Shown here piece after piece: positions 22,494-32,374 of a stretch of DNA of 64,000 nt. Origin of the DNA: Rhizobiaceae bacterium (GTDB lineage Bacteria > Pseudomonadota > Alphaproteobacteria > Rhizobiales > Rhizobiaceae); NCBI GenBank assembly GCA_049289295.1, contig JBATLL010000070.1, positions 109,204 through 173,203 of the forward strand, written 5' to 3'. A program made the position numbers and the translations under genes. The notes beneath the pieces are model-generated. The model had not been told where the DNA came from. It saw nothing but the letters and a program-made list of their open reading frames with translations, and did no database searches. Numbering within the stretch: position 1 is the stretch's first letter; each line of letters starts with the position of its first letter.

Positions 22494-23777
22494 ATGCGCC
22501 TCGGTGGGCGGTTGCAGGCCGCTATTGAGATCCTCGACGAAATCAGGATCAGGAACCGGCCTGCATCGGCATCGCTGAGAGACTGGGGCCTTTCGCATCG
22601 CTTTGCCGGGGCAGGTGACCGCTCGGCAATCGGCAATCTCGTCTATGACAGTCTGCGCAAGGCCGCATCGCAAGCCTGGCGGATGAATGATGATTCTGCC
22701 GCTGCGCTCGTCTTTGCCACCCTGATGGTGCAGTGGAACATGTCGGAGGCAGCAATCCGCGAGTCCCTGCAGGACGACCGCTACGCCCCACCGCTTCCCG
22801 ATAGCGCTGGCTTTGCCGCCTTTGCCGCGCGAGACCTCTCTGAAGCGCCTGACCACATCCGAGCCGACGTTCCGCAATGGTGTACGGAGGAATTTCATCG
22901 TGCATTCGGTGCGGAGTGGATTGCGGAGGCCGCAGCGCTTTCCGCCCGCCCTCCGCTGGACCTGCGTGTCAACGCTCTCAAGTCCACGCGCGAAAAGGTC
23001 ATGCGCCAGCTTTCCCGCTTTCATCCTGAACCCGGCTCCCACGCCCCCAATGCCATCCGCATCAATGCCGGTACCGGCGATGGGCGCCTGCCCAACGTCC
23101 AGGCTGAAGCTGGATACCAGAAGGGCTGGTTCGAGATTCAGGACGAAGGAAGCCAGTTGGCTGCATTGCTGACAGGTGCCACGGCGGGCGAGCAGGTGCT
23201 GGATTACTGTGCCGGGGCTGGTGGCAAGACGCTGGCCATGTCTGCCATGATGGAAAATCGCGGCCAGATACACGCTCATGATGCGGACCGGACAAGGCTT
23301 GCGCCAATACACGACCGCCTGAAACGGGCAGGCGCGCGGAATGTTCAGGTCCACACGGCAGGCGGAGACCTGACTGAAATGAACACCCGCATGAACTGCG
23401 TGCTCGTCGATGCCCCTTGCTCGGGCTCGGGAACATGGCGGCGCAGGCCAGACGCCAAGTGGCGGCTTGATCCGGCCAATCTCGAAACACGCCAGCACGA
23501 ACAGGATCAGGTCCTTGATGAAGCCAGCCGTTTCGTGAAACCTGATGGTCGCCTGGTCTATGTCACCTGCTCGATGTTCGCCTCCGAGAACGCCGAGCGG
23601 GCCAGGGCATTCCTTTCGCGCCACCCGGACTTTTCTCCGGTCTCCCTGGAAGAACCCATGTCAGGTCTGTGCGATTCCGCACAATTTGCTCTTGTTGATC
23701 GCACTAGTGTGGCAATGTCACCAGCAAGAACCGGCACCGACGGCTTCTTTGTCGCCGCTTTCGTGCGTACCGGCTGA
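22494..23777 (+). CDS. RsmB/NOP family RNA cytosine-C5 methyltransferase
   Basis: SAM motif DYCAGAGGKT and catalytic DAPCSGSGTWRR. Confidence 0.85.
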   Translation: MRLGGRLQAAIEILDEIRIRNRPASASLRDWGLSHRFAGAGDRSAIGNLVYDSLRKAASQAWRMNDDSAAALVFATLMVQWNMSEAAIRESLQDDRYAPPLPDSAGFAAFAARDLSEAPDHIRADVPQWCTEEFHRAFGAEWIAEAAALSARPPLDLRVNALKSTREKVMRQLSRFHPEPGSHAPNAIRINAGTGDGRLPNVQAEAGYQKGWFEIQDEGSQLAALLTGATAGEQVLDYCAGAGGKTLAMSAMMENRGQIHAHDADRTRLAPIHDRLKRAGARNVQVHTAGGDLTEMNTRMNCVLVDAPCSGSGTWRRRPDAKWRLDPANLETRQHEQDQVLDEASRFVKPDGRLVYVTCSMFASENAERARAFLSRHPDFSPVSLEEPMSGLCDSAQFALVDRTSVAMSPARTGTDGFFVAAFVRTG

Positions 23778-23802
23778 CTGGTAAAATCGGGTTCACGATA
23801 CC

Positions 23803-24495
23803 ATGCAGGCCTTTTTTGAAGCATTTTTTGATCCGGCAAATCTCCCAGGCCATGTTTCCTATGTCCTGCTGATCATTTCCATGCTCATGCGCCAGATGCA
23901 CCTGCTACGCATGGTCGCCGTTTCGGCCGGGATATTCTCCGCGATCTACTACATTTCACTGGGTGATTCCGTTTCCTTCTTCTGGGAATGCGTGTTCACC
24001 CTGGTCAACCTTGTGCAACTGCTCATCCTGTTTATCGAAAACCGGCTCGGCAAGTTTTCCGCCGAAGAACAGATGTTCATCGACACCGCCCTGCACGGGC
24101 TGGAACGCGTCCATGTGCGCCGCCTGCTGAAACTGGGAACATGGAGCGAACTGGCCGACGGGCAGGTGCTCATCAATGAAGACACGGTGCCCGATGGACT
24201 GTTCTTCCTCGTCAATGGCAGTGCGCGCATCGAGCGCAAGAAACGCAAGGTCGGCATGGTCGGCCCTGGCGATTTCCTTGGTGAAATGAGTTACCTGACC
24301 GGCAAGGATGCAACGGCAACGGTGACGAGTGTCACGCCGATCCGCTTCCTGACCTTCGACCGTGAAGCGTTGCGCTCGCATCTGGCGCGCAATATCGAGG
24401 TCCGTCAGGCAATCGAAGCCGGCTTCAACCGCAATCTCGTGGAAAAACTGGTCAATACCAATACCGGAAATCATGTTCGCCCGGAAATGGCGTGA
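23803..24495 (+). CDS. Membrane-anchored cyclic nucleotide-binding domain protein
   Basis: N-terminal 3-4 TM helices followed by a cNMP-binding beta-barrel (GDFLGEMSYLTGKDATATV). No recognisable output domain. Confidence 0.75.
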   Translation: MQAFFEAFFDPANLPGHVSYVLLIISMLMRQMHLLRMVAVSAGIFSAIYYISLGDSVSFFWECVFTLVNLVQLLILFIENRLGKFSAEEQMFIDTALHGLERVHVRRLLKLGTWSELADGQVLINEDTVPDGLFFLVNGSARIERKKRKVGMVGPGDFLGEMSYLTGKDATATVTSVTPIRFLTFDREALRSHLARNIEVRQAIEAGFNRNLVEKLVNTNTGNHVRPEMA

Positions 24496-24504
24496 AACGG
24501 GACT

Positions 24505-24933
24505 TCAGTTGAAATCCAGAATTTCCCGCCGCCAGCCCGACTGTGTACAGCCGGACTTTCTCACGGGTGCCTGGCCTTCCAGATGAATGGGCCCGCCGCT
24601 CGAACCGGCACCCGAACCGTACATGCCTTCGACCGGGAATTCCGCCGGTGCGCAACCGCGCTTGAACACGCGTGCCGTGCCTGCAATGAACTCGTTGCTG
24701 CCATCCGACGAGATGAAGCCGTCGAAGAAGAGCGTGCCGCGACCCACTCCCTGATTGGCAATGCCGGAGCGTGGGCTTTCATACCAGATTTTCAACTCGC
24801 CCAGGCAACGCTCCGCCCGCATCTGCGAACCATTGTGATTGTAGAAATAGGTCTCGCAGTCCGATGCGACAGCAGTTTCGCCGAAGCCCAGTGTTGCAAG
24901 AACCGCGATCGCGGCAAGTACTCTGTTTCTCAT
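24505..24933 (-). CDS. Secreted hypothetical protein
   Basis: Signal peptide MRNRVLAAIAVLATLGFGETAVA. GAGGAG RBS upstream of ATG 24933. No family recognised. Confidence 0.55.
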   Translation of the reverse strand: MRNRVLAAIAVLATLGFGETAVASDCETYFYNHNGSQMRAERCLGELKIWYESPRSGIANQGVGRGTLFFDGFISSDGSNEFIAGTARVFKRGCAPAEFPVEGMYGSGAGSSGGPIHLEGQAPVRKSGCTQSGWRREILDFN

Positions 24934-25093
24934 CCTGGTCTCCTCGGCTGTTCTGTAATGCCAGTGCTGTATCTGGCCGCTGAACCGGCGTGACCGCACG
25001 CCATTTCGCCATCATGGGCAGCAGGCCATATTCCCAGCACCAACGGTCTGTGCCATTGTCCAGTATGCACGAAAGATCAGCGCTGTCAGGCTC

Positions 25094-25549
25094 ATGAACT
25101 CCAGAAACGCCATCATTGCACTGTTTGTGGCCATGACGATTGCAGTCGGGTTTGGTTCAGCATTCCTTGCGCCGGTCACGCAATGGTATTTTGACCTGAA
25201 CAGGCCGGGCTTCACGCCACCGCCCTGGCTGTTCGCGCCAGTCTGGACATTGCTCTATCTCATGATCGGCGCTGCAGGTGGCCTTGTCTGGCTCAAGGCC
25301 CCGCGATCCGCCGCCATGTGGCTATGGTTCGCCCAGTTGGGTCTGAACGGCCTGTGGAGCATCATCTTCTTCCGGATGCGCAATCTCGATCTCGCCGTGC
25401 TCGTGATCCTCGCCCTCATTCTCGTCATACTGGCTTTCATCCGGACAAGCTGGCAGCCCGAAAGGCTTGCTGCCCTGCTGTTTGTTCCCTATGCCCTGTG
25501 GGTCGGCTTCGCGACGCTCCTCAACATATCATTCGCGGCGCTCAACTGA
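25094..25549 (+). CDS. tspO: TspO/MBR tryptophan-rich sensory protein
   Basis: 151 aa and 5 TM. Trp-rich, with PPPWLFAPVWTLLY and WLWFAQLGLNGLWS motifs. Confidence 0.85.
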   Translation: MNSRNAIIALFVAMTIAVGFGSAFLAPVTQWYFDLNRPGFTPPPWLFAPVWTLLYLMIGAAGGLVWLKAPRSAAMWLWFAQLGLNGLWSIIFFRMRNLDLAVLVILALILVILAFIRTSWQPERLAALLFVPYALWVGFATLLNISFAALN

Positions 25550-25552
25550 ACG

Positions 25553-26188
25553 ATGGATGGCCTGGAACGCATAGCGGGCAAGAGCGTCCTGTTCGCCATG
25601 GCTGTGGAAGCCGAATATGGGCCACATCTGCGCCAGCGGTTCGTTCCGCTGATGACCGGTGTCGGACCTGTCGAAGCTGCGGTTTCGATTTCTGCAACCC
25701 TGGCTCGCCTGAAATCGCAGTCAGCCCTGCCTGATCTGGTCGTGTCACTGGGGTCCGCAGGATCTGCGAAACTTGAACAGGCCCAGGTCTATCAGGCGGT
25801 TTCGGTCGCCTATCGTGACATGGATGCCTCGCCGCTTGGTTTTGAAAAAGGGCTTACACCCTTCCTTGATCTTCCCGCCGTCATCGACTTGCCGCTGCAT
25901 ATTGCTGGCGTTCCAGTCGCAACCCTGTCCAGCGGCGCAAACATAGTTTCCGGGGCAGCATATGGTGCAATCGGGGCCGACATGGTCGACATGGAAACCT
26001 ACGCGGTCAAGCGCGCCTGCATGGTCCATGACGTTCCGCTGGTCGGCCTGCGCGGCATATCAGACGGCGCAAAAGAGCTTGCTCATGTTGACGACTGGAC
26101 GCAATATCTGCACGTCGTGGATGAGCGGCTTGCTGCTGCCGTGGATCGCTTGGCCGAAGCCATGGCAACCGGATTTCTCGACGGGTAA
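25553..26188 (+). CDS. Nucleoside phosphorylase-family protein (MTA/SAH nucleosidase-like)
   Basis: 211 aa. PNP_UDP_1-like fold with the DMETYAV segment. Confidence 0.7.
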   Translation: MDGLERIAGKSVLFAMAVEAEYGPHLRQRFVPLMTGVGPVEAAVSISATLARLKSQSALPDLVVSLGSAGSAKLEQAQVYQAVSVAYRDMDASPLGFEKGLTPFLDLPAVIDLPLHIAGVPVATLSSGANIVSGAAYGAIGADMVDMETYAVKRACMVHDVPLVGLRGISDGAKELAHVDDWTQYLHVVDERLAAAVDRLAEAMATGFLDG

Positions 26189-26222
26189 CTGCTTTCCGTG
26201 TCCTGGGAAAGGGGAGTGAAGC

Positions 26223-27218
26223 ATGCCAAGAATTACGCTTGATCTCGACGATCTGGTAGCAAAGGGCAAGCTGTCTCCCGAGGAAGCCGAGCGTCTTTCC
26301 AGCCTCGCGGTCACCGGCGGCGGGCTCACCATTCTCATTCAGGCCCTGACAATTCTGGGGGCGCTTGCCATGGCGGCAGGCGTTATCGTTCTCAAGCCCG
26401 ATCCGACAACGGGCATGGTCCTGGCCGTGCTTGCACTCGGTTTTGCCACCTATCTTCATTATGCTTGGCGCGACAGTCTGTGGGTCCTGGCAAGCGGCAT
26501 TGCGATTGCAGGCACATTCGGATTGGCCGGATCACTGGCCATGCAGATGGACGGTGTCCTGCCGGCCATGGGCATCAACGCGCTCGCCACCCTCATCTTT
26601 CTCGCCGCAGCGCTGGTCTTCCAGTCAAGATTCCTCATTGCCTTTGTTCCCCTTGGCATTGCCGCCATTCTCGGGTCGAATACAGCCTATTGGCACGCGG
26701 CCTATGCGATATTCGTTCGCGAACCCACACTCACGGCCCTGGCATTTGCAGTTCTTGCAATTGGGCTGTTCGCCGCGTCACCAAGGCTGGGCTCGATTGC
26801 TGCCGGCATGGCGACGGTTGCGGCACGCATGTCCTGGATCATCATGAATTTCGGTTTCTGGGTAGGATCGCTCTGGGGCGATTATGTCGGCGAGCATTTC
26901 ATGGTGACTGGCGACAGCTGGGACCAGAATCGCGAGGCGCTCAAAGCATGGCGCGAGGTTGCCCTGTTCATCCCCGACTACATGTTCGTCATCGCATGGG
27001 CACTGGCTTCTGTCGCGACCATCATCCTGTTCCGCAACAACCGCTTTGCGGTCAATGCATCAATCACCTTTCTTGCGATCAATGCATATACACAGTTCTT
27101 CGAGCGTTTCGCCGACAATCCGCTGACACTCATTCTGGGCGGGGCGAGTCTTCTGCTCTTCGCCTTCGGTCTTTTTCATTTCGATCGCTGGGCTTCAGCC
27201 CGCCGCCAGGAACAGTGA
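26223..27218 (+). CDS. Polytopic membrane protein, function unknown
   Basis: 331 aa and about 9 hydrophobic helices after a short soluble N-terminus. Confidence 0.65.
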   Translation: MPRITLDLDDLVAKGKLSPEEAERLSSLAVTGGGLTILIQALTILGALAMAAGVIVLKPDPTTGMVLAVLALGFATYLHYAWRDSLWVLASGIAIAGTFGLAGSLAMQMDGVLPAMGINALATLIFLAAALVFQSRFLIAFVPLGIAAILGSNTAYWHAAYAIFVREPTLTALAFAVLAIGLFAASPRLGSIAAGMATVAARMSWIIMNFGFWVGSLWGDYVGEHFMVTGDSWDQNREALKAWREVALFIPDYMFVIAWALASVATIILFRNNRFAVNASITFLAINAYTQFFERFADNPLTLILGGASLLLFAFGLFHFDRWASARRQEQ

Positions 27219-27288
27219 CGTGGGCCGTCAACAATTGAATCGGCCCATGCCGGATTGCCGCGTTGCGCCGACTCATCTTTTTGCATAA

Positions 27289-28860
27289 ATGCTGGCCATG
27301 ACAAGCAAAGCGCATCCCGACACCGTCCTCATCATCGACTTTGGCTCCCAGGTCACGCAGCTCATCGCGCGGCGCGTGCGCGAGACCGGTGTCTATTGCG
27401 AGATCGTTCCCTTCCAGTCCGCAGAAGCCGGTTTTGCCCGTCTCCAGCCAAAGGCGGTGATCCTGTCAGGCGGTCCGGCCTCGACCACTGAAATGGGCAG
27501 CCCGCGCGCGCCGCAAGTGGTCTTCGACAGCGGGCTTCCGGTGCTCGGCATCTGCTACGGGCAGATGACCATGTGTGTGCAGATGGGCGGCAGGGCGGAA
27601 GGCTCCGACCATCGCGAATTTGGCCGTGCCTATGTCGAGGTGCTGAAGGATTGCCCGCTCTTTGACGGCGTATGGAGCGCGGGCGAGCGCCATCAGGTCT
27701 GGATGAGCCATGGTGACCGCGTGATCGCACTGCCCGAGGGCTTCGAGATACTGGGCCGTTCCGAGGGCGCGCCTTATGCGATTTTCGGCAATCAAGCCAA
27801 AAAGACCTATGGATTGATGTTCCACCCGGAAGTCGTGCACACGCCGGATGGAGCCAGGCTCATTGCCAATTTCGTGCACAAGGTGGCCGGCATCGAAGGC
27901 GACTGGTCCATGGCGGCCTATCGCAAGGAAATGGTACAGAAAATCCGTGACCAGGTTGGCGACGGCAAGGTTATCTGCGCCTTGTCGGGCGGCGTTGACT
28001 CCTCGGTGGCCGCCCTGCTGATCAACGAGGCCATCGGTGACCAGCTGACCTGCATCCTTGTTGACCATGGGCTGATGCGCAAGGACGAGGCCAGGGCAGT
28101 GGTCACAATGTTCGAGGAGCATTACGACCTCAGTCTCAAGCTGGTCGATGCATCCGAACGCTTCATCTCGGCACTGGAAGGCGAAAGCGATCCCGAAAAG
28201 AAGCGCAAGACCATTGGCAGGCTGTTCATCGAGGTGTTCGAGGAAGAGGCAACCGCCATTGGCGGAGCAGCTTTCCTGGCGCAGGGAACGCTGTACCCGG
28301 ATGTCATCGAAAGCGTTTCCTTCACCGGCGGGCCCTCGGTCACGATCAAGTCACACCACAATGTCGGCGGTCTGCCCGAGCGCATGAACATGCAGCTGGT
28401 CGAGCCGTTGCGCGAACTCTTCAAGGATGAAGTGCGCCTGCTTGGACGTGAACTGGGCCTTCCCGACCATTTCATCGCCCGCCATCCATTTCCTGGTCCA
28501 GGTCTGGCGATCCGCTGTCCGGGTGGCATCACCCGCGACAAGCTCCGCATCCTTCAGGAGGCCGACGCGATCTATCTCGATGAGATTCGCAAGGCCGGTC
28601 TGTACGACGCGATCTGGCAGGCCTTTGCCGTGTTGCTGCCGGTTCAAACGGTCGGCGTGATGGGTGATGGGCGGACATACGAGTTTGTCTGCGCCCTGCG
28701 CGCCGTCACCTCGGTCGACGGCATGACGGCCGACTTCTATCATTTCGACATGGATTTCCTCGGCCGCGCCGCAACGAGGATCATCAACGAGGTCCGCGGC
28801 ATCAACCGTGTGGTCTATGATGTAACCAGCAAGCCACCTGGAACCATCGAGTGGGAGTGA
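27289..28860 (+). CDS. guaA: Glutamine-hydrolysing GMP synthase
   Basis: GATase domain (GICYGQM), ATP-PPase motif SGGVDSS and C-terminal dimerisation domain ending PPGTIEWE. Confidence 0.97.
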   Translation: MLAMTSKAHPDTVLIIDFGSQVTQLIARRVRETGVYCEIVPFQSAEAGFARLQPKAVILSGGPASTTEMGSPRAPQVVFDSGLPVLGICYGQMTMCVQMGGRAEGSDHREFGRAYVEVLKDCPLFDGVWSAGERHQVWMSHGDRVIALPEGFEILGRSEGAPYAIFGNQAKKTYGLMFHPEVVHTPDGARLIANFVHKVAGIEGDWSMAAYRKEMVQKIRDQVGDGKVICALSGGVDSSVAALLINEAIGDQLTCILVDHGLMRKDEARAVVTMFEEHYDLSLKLVDASERFISALEGESDPEKKRKTIGRLFIEVFEEEATAIGGAAFLAQGTLYPDVIESVSFTGGPSVTIKSHHNVGGLPERMNMQLVEPLRELFKDEVRLLGRELGLPDHFIARHPFPGPGLAIRCPGGITRDKLRILQEADAIYLDEIRKAGLYDAIWQAFAVLLPVQTVGVMGDGRTYEFVCALRAVTSVDGMTADFYHFDMDFLGRAATRIINEVRGINRVVYDVTSKPPGTIEWE

Positions 28861-29031
28861 TCCGGGCTTGGCTGGGTCTTCCTCCGCGTTGATCGGAAAT
28901 CTCACAAGCAGCTGATATCATAGATTTTTCCACGGCAATCCACTGGCAGAAAATTGATGCCATCGCGGGGTGGCTGAAATTTCTGACGGTATTTTCGGAA
29001 GCGAACCCACTGAATTCATTGAGAAATCAAC

Positions 29032-29275
29032 ATGAAAACAGCCCTGAAAAGGGCCGACGGTATACTATTGCCGAAAGGAGGCCATATGCTCAACGATACA
29101 GGGTCTAAATATCTGAAATCAAAAGCAAAGCCATACCAGGTGTCCCCGAGCCACCGCTGAATGCGCCTCTTCAGTGCCGAGGCTGGAGGGAGATACGTCC
29201 CATATGGCCGCGTGTTTCAACCCGCTTGGATGGTCGGCCTGACTTCCCTGTCAGCCAGGTTGGCCAACATGCCAA
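29032..29275 (+). pseudogene. Remnant of a P4-type tyrosine integrase N-terminus (DUF4102-like arm-binding region), truncated
   Basis: LNDTGSKYLKSKAKPYQVS resembles the integrase N-terminal LTDxxIRxxKPxxKPYKLSD signature. There is a stop after 42 codons. A possible continuation in another frame (RLFSAEAGGRY...) ends at the neighbouring gene fragment. Confidence 0.45.
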
Positions 29276-29278
29276 TGT

Positions 29279-29527
29279 TCATGATTGCGCGAGCAGCTTG
29301 CCGAGCGCCATTCTGTCTATCGTGTCGACGGCCGTGCGTGGCATGTTCTCGACAGATGTCACTTTCTTCGGAACCTTGAAATCTGCCAGACGTGCTGAAC
29401 ACCAGCTCATGACATCAGCATGTTTCAAATCGGTGGATAGCTCCAGAAAGGCATTAACGGTCTGTGCGTCATTGTCCTCCAGCATGGCTGCCCTGTGACG
29501 GAACACCGCGAAACCCAGCTTTGACAT
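29279..29527 (-). pseudogene. C-terminal fragment of an AMP-forming acyl-CoA synthetase
   Basis: The 82-aa ORF ends ...CSARLADFKVPKKVTSVENMPRTAVDTIDRMALGKLL, the typical AMP-binding C-terminal domain tail. No intact N-terminal domain lies upstream. Confidence 0.6.
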
Positions 29528-29847
29528 CGCGAATCTGCGAGCTGACTGTCGTATGATGCGACGGGTCGCAATCCCGCCCGAACGAATCCTTGATATCGAA
29601 AAGCTCTGCGACTGATATCATCGGGGATCAGCGGCGATTACCTGGTGTTGGCCAGGATGCGGCCCTATCTATGAGGGGCTAACGGGAGGCATGACCATGG
29701 AATGTTTCCGGATTGACGAAAGTGGCTACTCCGCCTTCGAGAACCCGCGCTTGCGCGGGAAGTCCTTGGCCTCTCCGGTGATCCCCAGTCACCCCGAATA
29801 GCCCTCCAGGCACCCCTCCGCAATCGCTCTGGCGGCACGCTTGATTT

Positions 29848-30984
29848 CTAGCCTTTGCCACCATCATTTCCTGGTGGTCCGCCTTCGTCCCCGAGCGCTG
29901 GCACGGCTCCATACTCCCTTTTCTCTTCGGCAAGGATCGGGCCGGGCGCGGGCATCGATACAGGCCCATTCGGCGTGTCGATCGTGATGCGGCGCAGGTG
30001 AGGGTGCCTTGAAAGCCTTTCCATGTCGGCCACCGTGGCAAAGGCAATGTCGGCCTTGAGCAGCGCGGCTTGCACCTGCTTCGCGTCGAACCTGGCGAAC
30101 CCGGCTGCGACAGTCGCATCGGTTTCGCCACGGTTTGCCACCCGCGCAATATTTGTCGCGAACCGCGGATCCTCACCAAGGTCCTCACGCCCCAGAAACG
30201 CCCGGCACAGCTTCACCCATTCGCGATCACTCTGAATGGAAATCAGGATGTCTTCACCGTCCCTGGTCTTGAAGACACCATATGGCGCGATGGAAGGATG
30301 GGCCATGCCGACGCGCCTTGGTGTGTTGCCCGCCTCATGGTTGAGCAGCGGAACTGTCAGCCATTCAGCCATCACGTCGAACATCGAGACCGAAATCGCG
30401 GCGCCGCGCCTGGTTGCCGAACGGCGGATCAGCGCTTCCAGGATCGCCGAGTAGGCTGCTGCCCCAGTGGCGATATCCACGACTGACACGCCAACACGCG
30501 AAGGTTCCGAAGGACCGCCGGTTATCGAGCACAGGCCCGATTCTGCCTGGATCAGCAGGTCATAGGCCTTGCGGTCGACCATCGGCCCGCTTTCGCCATA
30601 GCCGCTGATGGAACAGATGATTAGCGAAGGATAATCCTGCGAAAGCCGCGCAGTGCCAAATCCAAGTCGCTCCATCACGCCATGCCGCAGGTTCTGCACC
30701 AGGACATCGCAACTGGAAATCAACGCTTCCAGTGCTGCCTTGCCTTGGGCGGTGGACAGATCGGCGACCTTCGAGCGCTTGCCCCGGTTGAGCCAGACAA
30801 AGTAGCTCGACTGGCCATTGGCAGCGGTATCATAGCCACGCGCGAAATCGCCTTCCGGGCGTTCGATCTTCACGACATCTGCGCCAGCATCCGCCAGCCG
30901 GGCGGTGCAATAGGGAGCGGCAACCGCCTGCTCGACACTGACGACCTTCAGGCCGTGAAGGGGGGGCGCACTGGGTTCCATCAA
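29848..30984 (-). CDS. Family III (CaiB/BaiF) CoA-transferase
   Basis: N-terminus GLKVVSVEQAVAAPYCTARLADAGADVVKIERPEGD. 378 aa. Confidence 0.9.
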   Translation of the reverse strand: MMEPSAPPLHGLKVVSVEQAVAAPYCTARLADAGADVVKIERPEGDFARGYDTAANGQSSYFVWLNRGKRSKVADLSTAQGKAALEALISSCDVLVQNLRHGVMERLGFGTARLSQDYPSLIICSISGYGESGPMVDRKAYDLLIQAESGLCSITGGPSEPSRVGVSVVDIATGAAAYSAILEALIRRSATRRGAAISVSMFDVMAEWLTVPLLNHEAGNTPRRVGMAHPSIAPYGVFKTRDGEDILISIQSDREWVKLCRAFLGREDLGEDPRFATNIARVANRGETDATVAAGFARFDAKQVQAALLKADIAFATVADMERLSRHPHLRRITIDTPNGPVSMPAPGPILAEEKREYGAVPALGDEGGPPGNDGGKG

Positions 30985-32144
30985 AAAGACCTGGGCAGTC
31001 CGAGAACATGCTCGGCGATGTAGCTGAGTATCAGGTTGGTCGAGATCGGCGCGACCTGATAAAGGCGCGTTTCGCGGAACTTGCGCTCCACATCATATTC
31101 TGCAGCAAAACCATAGCCGCCATGAAATTGCAGGCAGGCATTGGCCGCTTCCCAACTGGCCTTGGCCGCGAGATATTTGGCCATGTTCGCTTCGGTTCCG
31201 CACGGCTGGTTGCTGTCGAAAAGCGCACACGCCCTGAACCGCATGAGGCTAGCCGCCTCAACCTCGATAAAGGCTTCTGCTATCGGGAATTGCACGCCCT
31301 GATTCTGGCCGATCGGTCGGCCGAAAACCATCCGCTCGCAGGCATATTTCGAGACCTTGTCGACAAACCAGTAGCCATCGCCAATGCACTCGGCGGCAAT
31401 CAGCGTTCGCTCGGCATTGAGGCCGGTCAGGATGTATTTGAACCCCTGGCCTTCCTCGCCGATGAGGTTTTCCGCCGGAATTTCGAGATTGTCGAAAAAC
31501 AGTTCGCTTGTCTCGTGATTGACCATGTTGCGAATGGGCCGCATGGTCATCCCGCCTTTCAACGCATCGTGAATATCAACGAGGAAGATCGACAGGCCCT
31601 CGGATTTCTTTTTCACGTCAGCAAGCGCAGTGGTGCGCGCCAGCAGGATCATCAGATCTGAATGCTGGACACGGCTGATCCACACTTTCTGGCCGTTCAC
31701 GACATAACGGTCGCCTTTCCTGACGGCTGTCGTTTTCAACTGGGTTGTGTCGGTACCTGTCGTCGGCTCGGTCACGCCCATCGACTGCAGGCGCAATTCG
31801 CCGGCGGCAATTTTCGGCAGATATCTGAGCCGCTGCTCCTTGGAGCCATGCCGCACCAGCGTGTTCATGTTGTACATCTGGCCGTGGCAAGCGCCGGAAT
31901 TGCCACCGCACCGGTTGATCTCCTCCATGATGACGGAAGCCTCGGCCAGCCCCAGCCCCGAGCCGCCATATTCTTCAGGAATGAGCGCTGCCATCCATCC
32001 CGCTTTTGTCAGCGCATCGACAAATTCTTCCGGGTAGCCGCGCACTTCGTCGACATTGCGATGGTACTCATCCGGAAACCCGGCGCACAGCGCTCGAACC
32101 CCGTCACGAATGTCCTGATATTTCTCAGTTGCCTTCCCGCTCAT
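30981..32144 (-). CDS. Acyl-CoA dehydrogenase
   Basis: About 387 aa. ACAD C-terminus FHGGYGFAAEYDVERKFRETRLYQVAPISTN. The start is taken at MSGKATEKY. 4-nt overlap with the CoA-transferase gene. Confidence 0.9.
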   Translation of the reverse strand: MSGKATEKYQDIRDGVRALCAGFPDEYHRNVDEVRGYPEEFVDALTKAGWMAALIPEEYGGSGLGLAEASVIMEEINRCGGNSGACHGQMYNMNTLVRHGSKEQRLRYLPKIAAGELRLQSMGVTEPTTGTDTTQLKTTAVRKGDRYVVNGQKVWISRVQHSDLMILLARTTALADVKKKSEGLSIFLVDIHDALKGGMTMRPIRNMVNHETSELFFDNLEIPAENLIGEEGQGFKYILTGLNAERTLIAAECIGDGYWFVDKVSKYACERMVFGRPIGQNQGVQFPIAEAFIEVEAASLMRFRACALFDSNQPCGTEANMAKYLAAKASWEAANACLQFHGGYGFAAEYDVERKFRETRLYQVAPISTNLILSYIAEHVLGLPRSF

Positions 32145-32374
32145 CTTCGGTTCCAACCAGTCATTGACGCAACGCCAAACCGCGTTGCAATTCACCGCCA
32201 ACCTGTATGACCCAAACCGATCGCTCCGGCAAACACAGGATTTTCCATTGCCGGCAATTCAGCCTGTACAGCAGCGTGAACATGTTTTCGTAGGCTCGAT
32301 AAGTGATTGCCTATCATCGGCAGACGGTCAGTTTTCCTCTATGCTATTGTCACCTTGAACGGGATTGAACAGAC

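Noticed and set aside
29744-29765. A GC hairpin cccgcgc-tt-gcgcggg downstream of the CoA-transferase gene, considered as a terminator.
   Set aside because: The loop is too small, which leaves 6 bp with a tetraloop. The minus-strand tail is only TTCTCG, which is not convincing for an intrinsic terminator.
29679-30188. A 169-aa minus-strand ORF spanning the end of the CoA-transferase gene and the downstream spacer.
   Set aside because: It is out of frame with the CoA-transferase gene and overlaps it. Its composition is R/P-rich with no motifs.
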